IMG/VR virus record: IMGVR_UViG_3300044639_001767
Strand: one strand, 5' to 3'
Source of the DNA: a virus
DNA: 12,558 bases
The translations under genes and the position numbers were made by a program. The notes beneath the pieces were generated by a model that saw only the letters and a list, made by a program, of their open reading frames with translations, ran no database searches and was not told the DNA's origin. Shown piece after piece: positions 1-6,280 of this stretch (position 1 is its first letter; each line of letters begins with the position of its first letter).

Positions 1-561
1 TGCTGTGGGATTCAGCAGCTTGCGTGCCAACACCACTGGTGGCAGCAATACTGCTGTGGGTGTCAGCAGCTTGCAGTGTAACACCATTGGCACCAGCAAT
101 ACTGCTGTGGGATTCAGCAGCTTGCGTTACAACACCACAGGCACCAACAATACTGCTGTGGGAGTCAACAGCTTGCGTACCAACACCATTGGCACCAGCA
201 ATACTGCTGTGGGACTCAACAGCTTGCGTGCCAACACCACTGGTGTCAACAATACTGCTGTGGGAGTCAACAGCTTGTGTACCAACACCATTGGCATCGC
301 CAACACCGCTGTAGGCGCATACAGCTTGCGTTACAACACCACTGGCGGCAGCAATACTGCTGTGGGTATCAGCAGCTTGTGTGCCAACACCATTGGCACC
401 AACAATACTGCTGTGGGATTCAGCAGCTTGTGTGCCAACACCACTGGCGGCAGCAATACTGCTGTGGGACTCAACAGCTCGCGTTACAACACCACTGGCG
501 GCAGCAATACTGCTGTGGGTGTCAGCAGTTTGCGTTACAACACCACTGGCAATTTCAACGT
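1..561. repeat. Eleven tandem copies of a 51-bp unit (tgctgtggg..tcagcagcttgcgt.ccaacaccactgg...caatac), about 85-95 % identical to each other. The array continues upstream of the window and degenerates after about 561.
   Basis: Read directly by eye: units begin at 1, 52, 103, 154, 205, 256, 307, 358, 409, 460 and 511. Each encodes one 17-aa fibre repeat. Confidence 0.9.
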
Positions 562-2185
562 TGCTGTGGGCACTTATGCGCTGAATACCATGAATTCAGG
601 CACCACCAGCACTACTGCCAACGTGGCAGTGGGTGGATCAGTTCTTCGTGCGGCTACTACTGCCATAGGCAACACTGCCATGGGCGCCAGAGCAGCAGCA
701 GCCACCACATCTGGTAAGTATAATACTGTTTTTGGAAGTAGAGCATTATTGGCCAACACTACAGGTGGATATAACACTGCTATTGGTGGTCTTGTATTGT
801 GTTTGTCTAATACTGCGACTAACAGTACCACTGGCAACACAGCCGTTGGTCATATGAGCCTTGCCCAATCTACCTTGGGCATTTGCAATACAGCTATGGG
901 AAACAGAGCGGGAAATTCCAATACAACTGGTAATGCCAACGTTGCCATTGGTAACAGTGCGCTTCTTACCAACACAACAGGTGGCCACAATGTGGCTATT
1001 GGTGTTGCAGCACTGTGTATTGCAAATGTGGGTAACACAAGCGCAACGGCTAATGTGGCTGTGGGTTTCAGTAGTCTAGGCGCCCTTACTACAGGCTTAT
1101 CAAATGTCGCTGTAGGATCCAGGAGCGGTGCATCTATTACCACAGCTAGCAACAATATCACATTGGGCAATCTAACATTGTGCTCCAATACAACCGGAGA
1201 CAGCAACGTAGCCATCGGACACAATGCACTATCATCCTCCAATACCGGTAACACATCATCCACAGCCAATGTGGCTGTGGGAGCCAACTCTTTGCAGGCA
1301 GTAACGAATGGTAATTCCAATGTGGCTGTGGGATCTAGAGCAGCCTTGGCTATTACTACTGGGTGTGGCAACATCGTATTGGGTAATACATCCTTGATCA
1401 GCAATACCACCGGATCATTCAATATTGCGGTTGGAACCAATGTGTTGTGTAGCATGAATGCCGCCACCACAAGTGCATCTGCTAACATTGCAGTGGGCGC
1501 ATACAGCCAAAGTTCATCAACCACAGGCAGTGGCAATACCAGTTTGGGTAATTTAACTCTTATTGCTGCAACCACTGGTTCCTGCAACACTGCTGTTGGT
1601 GCATGTGCAGGATGTAATATCACCACTGGCACCAATAATACCTTCCTGGGATACAGGGCGGTAGCAGCCACAATAACAGACAGCAACACAATCACTTTGG
1701 GCAACAGTGCTATCACCACTATCAGAGCACAAGTTACCAGCATTACTGCACTATCCGATTGTAGAGACAAAACCAACATTGTGGGCATTCCAGTGGGCTT
1801 GAACTTCATAAGAGAAGTAAGACCAGTCAAGTTCACCTGGAACATGAGAGATCGTGCTCAGGTGGGCGTGGATGATGCAGGATTTATCGCACAGGAATTG
1901 GATGCACTCAGCACTTGCTGGGGTGTGGAATGGTTGAATCTTGTGAAAAAAGACAATCCCAACAGATTTGAAGCCACTCCCAACAGACTGTTTCCAGTAG
2001 TGATCCAAGCTATCAAAGATTTGGCCGATAGGTTGGATCAACAAAGTCAGCATCCATTGAAGGTTGCTAAATTCACAACTGAAACAAGAGATCAATTGGA
2101 AGTGCAAGACGGTATGCTGATCTACAATGTCAATGAATCCAAATTCCAGGGATATGCCAATGGCGCATGGATAAACCTAGGTTGA
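2..2185 (+). CDS. Tail fiber/tail spike-like protein, 5'-partial (ORF open to window edge). It has about 30 degenerate 17-aa repeats (N-T/V-A-V-G-x-x-S-L-x-x-N-T-T-G-x-x) and a C-terminal S74-type intramolecular chaperone domain.
   Basis: Long ORF with no start inside the window (the track start at 5 is GTG in frame with upstream sequence). The periodic 17-aa repeat is typical of beta-helical fibre or adhesin repeats. The C-terminal block ALSDCRDKTNIVGIPVGL...FIAQELDAL matches the S-D-x-R-x-K-x-N-I auto-cleavage motif of endosialidase and T5 pb1-type chaperone domains. A 11-bp-stem hairpin follows the stop. Confidence 0.75.
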   Translation, partial: AVGFSSLRANTTGGSNTAVGVSSLQCNTIGTSNTAVGFSSLRYNTTGTNNTAVGVNSLRTNTIGTSNTAVGLNSLRANTTGVNNTAVGVNSLCTNTIGIANTAVGAYSLRYNTTGGSNTAVGISSLCANTIGTNNTAVGFSSLCANTTGGSNTAVGLNSSRYNTTGGSNTAVGVSSLRYNTTGNFNVAVGTYALNTMNSGTTSTTANVAVGGSVLRAATTAIGNTAMGARAAAATTSGKYNTVFGSRALLANTTGGYNTAIGGLVLCLSNTATNSTTGNTAVGHMSLAQSTLGICNTAMGNRAGNSNTTGNANVAIGNSALLTNTTGGHNVAIGVAALCIANVGNTSATANVAVGFSSLGALTTGLSNVAVGSRSGASITTASNNITLGNLTLCSNTTGDSNVAIGHNALSSSNTGNTSSTANVAVGANSLQAVTNGNSNVAVGSRAALAITTGCGNIVLGNTSLISNTTGSFNIAVGTNVLCSMNAATTSASANIAVGAYSQSSSTTGSGNTSLGNLTLIAATTGSCNTAVGACAGCNITTGTNNTFLGYRAVAATITDSNTITLGNSAITTIRAQVTSITALSDCRDKTNIVGIPVGLNFIREVRPVKFTWNMRDRAQVGVDDAGFIAQELDALSTCWGVEWLNLVKKDNPNRFEATPNRLFPVVIQAIKDLADRLDQQSQHPLKVAKFTTETRDQLEVQDGMLIYNVNESKFQGYANGAWINLG
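1754..2182 (+). other. C-terminal intramolecular chaperone / peptidase S74-like auto-processing domain of the fibre protein; candidate cleavage serine encoded at 1754-1756.
   Basis: The motif L-S-D-C-R-D-K-T-N-I, followed by about 140 aa rich in conserved aromatics and acidics (FTWNMRDRAQVGVDDAGFIAQELDAL), resembles the self-cleaving C-terminal domains of phage tail spikes and L-shaped tail fibres. This is judged from memory. Confidence 0.5.
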
Positions 2186-2191
2186 TAGAAT

Positions 2192-2230
2192 AACCTCACA
2201 GTATGCAACTACTGTGAGGTTTCAATTCCT
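2192..2230. terminator. Bidirectional intrinsic-terminator-like hairpin between convergent genes. The stem is aacctcacagt/actgtgaggtt (11 bp) with loop atgcaact, followed by a T-rich run on both strands.
   Basis: Perfect inverted repeat at 2192-2202 / 2211-2221. The + strand then reads tcaattcct, and the - strand then reads ttattctatc. Confidence 0.55.
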
Positions 2231-2251
2231 GAAGATTTTGGTGGATTTATT

Positions 2252-2668
2252 CTATCTGCGTTTACCCAGTTCAGTCATCTTCAAATTACCGGCATATTGC
2301 ACAGGACCTTTGTGATACAAAGGCATGAGATTGGCCTTTTTGGCTTGTGCTGCCTTGAGTGCAACTGATTCGCGGTCAGCCATCACAGGATCATCTGCAT
2401 AGGTGCGTTGCCACTCACTGTCAAATACACTCTTTTTGAATCCACCCACGCCAAATCCATTACTGCATTCCAGATCTGTTTTTTCAGGCTTGACAGTGCG
2501 AGTGAGTTTGCCTGTGGATTTGGCTCTGCTTGCCAGTTGATCGGGATGAATGCCCTGCTTGCACAACCAAGCTTCATGTTCAGCTTTGGCCTTTTGCTGT
2601 TTAGCAGATGGCTTCTTGCGGGAATTGCCAATGTTGTTATAGGCAGGACCCAGTAAGTGCATGGTCAT
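2252..2668 (-). CDS. Hypothetical basic protein of 138 aa (MTMHLLGPAYNN...). The start is moved to the internal ATG at 2668, which has a strong ribosome-binding site.
   Basis: GAGGAG lies 7 nt upstream of the ATG at 2666-2668. The track start at 2713 has no ribosome-binding site and would sit inside the upstream terminator T-run and promoter. The protein is Lys/Ala-rich with no recognised motif. Confidence 0.55.
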   Translation of the reverse strand: MTMHLLGPAYNNIGNSRKKPSAKQQKAKAEHEAWLCKQGIHPDQLASRAKSTGKLTRTVKPEKTDLECSNGFGVGGFKKSVFDSEWQRTYADDPVMADRESVALKAAQAKKANLMPLYHKGPVQYAGNLKMTELGKRR

Positions 2669-2691
2669 TGTCAAACTCCTCAACCTTCTAT

Positions 2692-2720
2692 AATCTAGCA
2701 CATGTGCATTCATGCGTCAA
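2692..2720 (-). promoter_or_regulatory. Sigma70-like promoter for the 138-aa gene. On the minus strand the -35 is TTGACG (2720..2715), the spacer is 17 nt, and the -10 is TAGATT (2697..2692).
   Basis: Hexamers and spacing read directly. It is placed immediately after the upstream terminator and about 25 nt before the ribosome-binding site. Confidence 0.4.
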
Positions 2721-2752
2721 AGAAAAAAGGTGGTGTAATCAAATACACCACC
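2721..2752 (-). terminator. Intrinsic terminator on the minus strand. The stem is ggtggtgta/tacaccacc (9 bp) with loop atcaaa, followed on the minus strand by TTTTTTCT.
   Basis: Inverted repeat at 2729-2737 / 2744-2752 with an A-run at 2721-2728 on the + strand (equivalent to a T-run on the minus strand), downstream of the 85-aa gene. Confidence 0.65.
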
Positions 2753-2823
2753 CTTGAGTAACTAGTAACATTCAAATATTCTCTCAATTCACTGGGTGAT
2801 CAAGAGTATCAAAATTGGATTTA

Positions 2824-3081
2824 TTATAGTCTATTTAGACTAGAGCAGTCATGACCTTTCAAAGGTGATCTTGCTGCGACTGCCATTCTTGTCCCTGGCA
2901 CTGATGCTATAGGAGTGTTCACACGCAAACCCAGCTTGCGCAGTTCACTCATTCTTGCACGTAGACTGCGAACATTCCACATTGCCTGGGCCTGAGCAGA
3001 CGTGAGTTCACGGCCAGTGCCTCGCAGATAATTCACAATCTTTTGTGCTTGACTGACATCAGTAGTTGTAATGGTTGCCAT
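2824..3081 (-). CDS. Small putative DNA-binding protein of 85 aa (possibly winged-helix / HTH_39-like).
   Basis: AGGAGG lies 6 nt upstream of the ATG. The segment LTSAQAQAMWNVRSLRARMSELRKLGLRV resembles small phage helix-turn-helix proteins. The assignment is from memory and weak. Confidence 0.6.
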   Translation of the reverse strand: MATITTTDVSQAQKIVNYLRGTGRELTSAQAQAMWNVRSLRARMSELRKLGLRVNTPIASVPGTRMAVAARSPLKGHDCSSLNRL

Positions 3082-3125
3082 AGTATGCCTCCTTGTTGCT
3101 TGTTTTTGAGCTATGCAATACTCAA

Positions 3126-3154
3126 AATTTAAGCTAACAAACAGGCAACGTCAA
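3126..3154 (-). promoter_or_regulatory. Sigma70-like promoter for the 85-aa gene: -35 TTGACG (3154..3149), 17-nt spacer, -10 TAAATT (3131..3126).
   Basis: Read directly on the minus strand. It is located just downstream of the hairpin at 3157-3181. Confidence 0.4.
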
Positions 3155-3156
3155 GC

Positions 3157-3181
3157 ACTCCACCAAGATAGTTGGTGGAGT
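3157..3181 (-). terminator. Hairpin (10-bp stem actccaccaa/ttggtggagt, loop gatag) downstream of the 94-aa gene. There is no clean T-run, so it may be a weak terminator or a processing/stability element.
   Basis: Perfect inverted repeat at 3157-3166 / 3172-3181. Confidence 0.3.
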
Positions 3182-3203
3182 CTCAACTCACACTCCAGGA
3201 CTA

Positions 3204-3488
3204 TTAGGCAACCATGCGCTGGTCACCATCACCAGCATCACCAACTTCCTCAGCCACAGTTTCAGCAGTGGGGATGGTGAGTCCGCGACGTGCAGCAAGA
3301 TCAGCTGCCATCACAGTCTTGAAGGCATCTTCCTTGGTCATCTCGCCAGGCAGCTCGACGAACTCAATGTTCTCGAAGCCTTCCTTGGTCATGGTCTTGA
3401 TGCGTGCATCAGCACGACCATTGGTAAAGCGAAACTTGTCCTTGCCCTTGTAGATGGCAGCGCCAATGTGAGTGAAAGTCTTGGCCAT
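3204..3488 (-). CDS. Hypothetical protein of 94 aa. The KGKDKFRFTNGRAD segment is faintly YegP/DUF1508-like.
   Basis: AGAGGAG lies about 10 nt upstream of the ATG. The composition is protein-like. Similarity to known families is weak and from memory only. Confidence 0.6.
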   Translation of the reverse strand: MAKTFTHIGAAIYKGKDKFRFTNGRADARIKTMTKEGFENIEFVELPGEMTKEDAFKTVMAADLAARRGLTIPTAETVAEEVGDAGDGDQRMVA

Positions 3489-3528
3489 AGCTGTTGTTCT
3501 CCTCTGTTTTGAATCAGCTTATGTCATC

Positions 3529-3556
3529 AATATAGCATCTGACTCTGATCAGTCAA
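3529..3556 (-). promoter_or_regulatory. Sigma70-like promoter for the 94-aa gene: -35 TTGACT (3556..3551), 16-nt spacer, -10 TATATT (3534..3529).
   Basis: Read directly. It is the divergent partner of the + strand promoter at 3601-3628. Confidence 0.45.
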
Positions 3557-3600
3557 TGGGATTTTTTGCCAAAATAACTGATTAAACCCCTAATTGATTG

Positions 3601-3628
3601 TTGACATTTTTGCGCCTGGTGCTATTAT
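3601..3628 (+). promoter_or_regulatory. Strong sigma70-like promoter: -35 TTGACA (3601-3606), 16-nt spacer, extended -10 TGcTATTAT (3620-3628). The predicted transcription start is about 3635-3636, at the A of the PTH2 start codon, giving a leaderless mRNA.
   Basis: Consensus hexamers read directly. The ATG at 3636 lies 8 nt after the -10 hexamer and there is no Shine-Dalgarno motif between them. Confidence 0.5.
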
Positions 3629-3635
3629 CAGGTTT

Positions 3636-4061
3636 ATGAAAAAGAATTCACCCGTTTACGCATATGTTTTGATGAGAAATGATCTGGCCAGCCTGGGCGC
3701 AGGCAAGGCAGCAGCACATGCTCATCATGCAGGAACAAGAATGACCTACCATGTACGCAAGCATGGCACCAGGGCACAAAAAGATGTGCTCAACACCTGG
3801 GAACAGGAATGTGAGGGTGTGGGCACCACCATCGTGTTGAGTTGCGATGAAGAAACCATGAAGTGGTGTGTGGCAGAAATTGAAAAACTGCGAGATCAGG
3901 GTTGCAGTGCAGGTGTGTGGCGTGACCCCACCTATCCCAGCACCACAGAGCGTGGGTTCTGTTTGATGGCAGTGGATGTGTGTGCCTGGGTTCTGGGCAG
4001 CAAGGACGATCTTTCACCTATCCTCAGCGACCTGCCTCTCATGAACAATTGTGCATGGTAA
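3636..4061 (+). CDS. pth2: Peptidyl-tRNA hydrolase of the PTH2 (archaeal/eukaryotic) family, 141 aa.
   Basis: VYAYVLMRNDLASLGAGKAAAHAHHA aligns by eye with PTH2 [25 protein letters not shown]. The downstream pattern (VLNTWEQ..G..IVL..DEE..., DPTYP) also fits PTH2 topology. The ATG at 3636 is preferred over the TTG at 3594, which overlaps the promoter. Confidence 0.65.
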   Translation: MKKNSPVYAYVLMRNDLASLGAGKAAAHAHHAGTRMTYHVRKHGTRAQKDVLNTWEQECEGVGTTIVLSCDEETMKWCVAEIEKLRDQGCSAGVWRDPTYPSTTERGFCLMAVDVCAWVLGSKDDLSPILSDLPLMNNCAW

Positions 4062-4064
4062 CAC

Positions 4065-4274
4065 ATGCAAGTGACCTTGACTCTGTCAAAAGAACAAATT
4101 CATAAATGGCAACAAGTGTGGACTCACAACGGATTTAGAGACTGGAATGATGCTGGTAGTTGGCTCTGGTGTAATTACCGAGCCAATGCCTATCGTGATC
4201 GTGGAGGCATGCTGTTTGTTTTTGAAACGCAAGAAGAACAAACGTCATTTTTGCTCTCCTGGCTGTCTGACTAA
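4065..4274 (+). CDS. Hypothetical small protein of 69 aa, possibly translationally coupled to PTH2 (4-nt gap).
   Basis: Trp-rich, protein-like ORF starting 4 nt after the PTH2 stop. There is no clear ribosome-binding site. Confidence 0.35.
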   Translation: MQVTLTLSKEQIHKWQQVWTHNGFRDWNDAGSWLWCNYRANAYRDRGGMLFVFETQEEQTSFLLSWLSD

Positions 4275-4503
4275 TAGGCCTATTCCACATGATATGGCGT
4301 GAATACAGAGATATATGGAAAAACCAAACTCTCTACATAGTAAGTCTATCATCAGAAGAATGGCCCAGTGCAACCTTGCATGAAATAGTGCATGGTCTCT
4401 GCTTCCAGAGACCCGCCGAATTACCGCTATCTTACAGCATCATAACTTGTGAACTGTTTGTTATTCACCAGCTATTATTAGCATGGGCATCGCACATTGT
4501 CAA

Positions 4504-4944
4504 CTACAAAGTATATTCAAAATTTTGCGTGTGTGAATTTATTTGCAGCAACTGAGCACCATTTTTGATGTGAAATTTGGTTGCCATGTCCGTGAGAGGA
4601 CTGAGAGTCACCAATCTTTGGATGTGACCCAAATTAGTCTTCACATGATTTCTCGCATGAACAATCATGGCCTGACCTCCACCTTTTTCAATAGCCCAGA
4701 TGGTGTATAACACTGCCACTGTGGCATCAGTGCCCTGATAGCTGAACAATTGTTGCTCTTGAGTAGGCACTGTATCTGTGAATGCCACACATACCACACT
4801 CTGCGGCTCATCCTGCTCGTTTAACAGCACCCAAACACTGGCATTATTGCCCACTCGCTGATGTGGGGGAATATGAGGACGAACAGGATCTTCTTTGATC
4901 AATTCCATCAAGGGATCGTGGATATCCTCTAGAGTTACCAGCAT
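4504..4944 (-). CDS. Hypothetical protein of 146 aa, possibly a GNAT-fold acetyltransferase (weak). The start is moved to the ATG at 4944.
   Basis: AGGAG lies 8 nt upstream of the ATG at 4942-4944 (MLVTLEDI...). AIEKGGGQAMI...KFHIKNGAQ loosely resembles GNAT motif A and the C-terminal region. This is not confirmed. Confidence 0.55.
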   Translation of the reverse strand: MLVTLEDIHDPLMELIKEDPVRPHIPPHQRVGNNASVWVLLNEQDEPQSVVCVAFTDTVPTQEQQLFSYQGTDATVAVLYTIWAIEKGGGQAMIVHARNHVKTNLGHIQRLVTLSPLTDMATKFHIKNGAQLLQINSHTQNFEYTL

Positions 4945-5011
4945 GTGTGCGTCTCCTATAATACACATATTTAAAGACGCAGCACTAGTGTATTTCAAAT
5001 AGCTAGACTTT

Positions 5012-5269
5012 TTAGCACCAATTCAAATCAAAATATGTTTTGTATGCTTTGTCACAAAAATACACTGTGAGCAAAGTTTTTTTCTGATCACTGCTCCAAT
5101 GCTGCCAACTGAGTTGGCCCATATGTTCCAGACACCATTTGATGATCAGTTGACTGCGTTCCTGATCCAGGTTGTGCAATTCAGTTTTGTAGGGCCAGTG
5201 CTTTGCCATGGGTTTGTATTTAAGATCTACTCTGCTAGGTATTGTGGATCCCACTGCAATACAAACCAT
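5012..5269 (-). CDS. Possible small protein of 85 aa from the track ATG, or 65 aa from the internal ATG at 5209.
   Basis: Protein-like composition but no ribosome-binding site. It overlaps the next ORF by 43 nt in a different frame. Confidence 0.25.
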   Translation of the reverse strand: MVCIAVGSTIPSRVDLKYKPMAKHWPYKTELHNLDQERSQLIIKWCLEHMGQLSWQHWSSDQKKTLLTVYFCDKAYKTYFDLNWC

Positions 5270-5457
5270 ACAAAAAGTTCATGAGTTCTAAAGATCAATG
5301 CCATATTCAAGGGATCAATATCCCAATCATCTGCGTCAAAATTATCCTTGCACCATTCTATTTGGTCCTTGACCAAATGTGGTAATTTGTCCTTGTGACC
5401 AAAATTGACTATATCTATAGTGCGTAATTTATAGCTGGGATAGGGAACTGCTGTCAT
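5227..5457 (-). CDS. Possible small acidic protein of about 76 aa. The first ATG is at 5457; the track start at 5466 is TTG.
   Basis: Asp/Trp-rich, protein-like ORF. There is no clear ribosome-binding site. Confidence 0.3.
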   Translation of the reverse strand: MTAVPYPSYKLRTIDIVNFGHKDKLPHLVKDQIEWCKDNFDADDWDIDPLNMALIFRTHELFVWFVLQWDPQYLAE

Positions 5458-5518
5458 CTTGTCCAAGAATGCGGCAAGAATTGTTGCAGAGTCAATTTGT
5501 AGGAGATTATGGAAATTT

Positions 5519-5546
5519 TGGTAGGCCCCCTCCGGTTCGAACGGAG
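5519..5546 (-). other. tRNA 3'-half-like element on the minus strand. It has a T-arm (ctccg-TTCGAAC-cggag), a 7-nt acceptor 3' strand ggggcct, discriminator a, and an encoded CCA. No matching 5' half was found.
   Basis: Read directly from the reverse complement of 5519-5546. A second T-arm-like hairpin (tgagg-TTCAACT-cctca) lies at 5572-5588. Attempts to fold a complete cloverleaf (type I or type II) by hand failed. Confidence 0.4.
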
Positions 5547-5791
5547 ATATGCTCGCTTATAGTTTGGGGATTGAGGAGTTGAACCTCATTGTGTAACCTA
5601 CATCCCCCGAGGCGAGTTCATTCACCAATTATGATAGAGGCCCTTACCAACTGTTCATATATTATGTGCTAGATATGGGTTTGTCAACACATAATATATA
5701 AATAAAGATGGTAATCCTGTTGCTACGAACAACAGGAAACCCGGCTTGGAGCCCCAGGCTGTCCCACACATATATTTACTTGGAGATTCCT

Positions 5792-6280
5792 ATGTTTATC
5801 AATAACAAATATACCTCTTGGTATATCTCATTGGTTAGTAATGCTCAAACTAGAAATTTAGATAGATCTGTCTATACTGAAAAACATCATATTATTCCCA
5901 AGAGCCTAGGGGGCAATGATGCAAAAGATAATCTTGTTAGACTTACTGGCAAAGAACATTTTGTAGCACATTTATTACTTACCAAAATGACCTTTGGGGT
6001 CAATGCAAGAAAAATGGCCTTTGCCTTGTGGCGGATGACACAAGATAATAAGAAACGAGACAGGTTCCGAATGTCTTCTCGGCAATATCAAAATATCAAA
6101 ACTGGCATGAGCGAGGCAATGAAGGTACATAACAAAGGCAAGAAACTTTCTCCAGAGCATATTCAGAAAGTAAAAGAGGGAATAGCAGCAAAAGGCGGGG
6201 CACATAATAAAGGCAAATCTATGAGCGAGGATCAGAAACACACGCGCCTTTTGGCTAGGGGTGATTGGGAATGTTCATAA
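5792..6280 (+). CDS. HNH homing endonuclease with NUMOD3 DNA-binding repeats, 162 aa as currently open.
   Basis: GGAG lies 6 nt upstream of the ATG at 5792. The HNH motif is EKHHIIPKSLGGNDAKDNLVRLTGKEHFVAH. NUMOD3-like repeats are present (NKGKKLSPEHIQKVKEG, NKGKSMSEDQKH). Confidence 0.8.
   Translation: MFINNKYTSWYISLVSNAQTRNLDRSVYTEKHHIIPKSLGGNDAKDNLVRLTGKEHFVAHLLLTKMTFGVNARKMAFALWRMTQDNKKRDRFRMSSRQYQNIKTGMSEAMKVHNKGKKLSPEHIQKVKEGIAAKGGAHNKGKSMSEDQKHTRLLARGDWECS

Noticed and set aside
24-2107. Track ORFs 24-314(+), 277-717(+), 381-584(+), 574-840(-), 746-988(-), 850-1845(-, 331 aa), 861-1079(+), 1751-2107(-)
   Set aside because: These are alternative frames or the antisense of the repeat-rich fibre gene. 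Periodic low-complexity translations (LLW, HHW, PVV repeats) are the expected artefact of a 51-bp repeat array. There are no ribosome-binding sites.
2383-2656. ORFs 2383-2631(-) and 2408-2656(+)
   Set aside because: Nested within or antisense to the 138-aa gene, which has the ribosome-binding site and promoter. No independent signals.
2669-2713. Track start codon at 2713 for the 138-aa gene
   Set aside because: It has no ribosome-binding site and would overlap the terminator T-run and the -35/-10 elements. The internal ATG at 2668 has GAGGAG at optimal spacing.
3594-3635. TTG start at 3594 for the PTH2 gene
   Set aside because: It would place the N-terminus across the promoter hexamers. PTH2 homology begins right after the ATG at 3636.
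3214-4017. ORFs 3214-3453(+) and 3790-4017(-)
   Set aside because: Antisense to the 94-aa gene and to PTH2 respectively, with Pro/Ser/Arg-rich or Cys/His/Trp-rich junk composition.
4289-4555. ORF 4289-4555(+)
   Set aside because: Hydrophobic, Cys-rich, non-protein-like translation. It overlaps the 3' end of the convergent 146-aa gene. The region is better explained as a convergent intergenic spacer containing the GC hairpin at 4394-4413.
5099-5284. ORF 5099-5284(+)
   Set aside because: Antisense to the two small minus-strand ORFs, with poor composition and no ribosome-binding site.
5450-5700. Complete tRNA gene
   Set aside because: Hand-folding with type I and type II spacing found no 5' acceptor strand complementary to ggggcct, and no D-arm or anticodon arm at the expected distances. 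Only the 3' half is convincing.
5500-5791. Group I intron carrying the HNH ORF
   Set aside because: The HNH gene is on the + strand and is flanked on both sides by minus-strand genes, so there is no host exon in the same orientation. The arrangement fits a free-standing homing endonuclease.
5975-6241. ORF 5975-6241(-)
   Set aside because: Antisense inside the HNH endonuclease gene.
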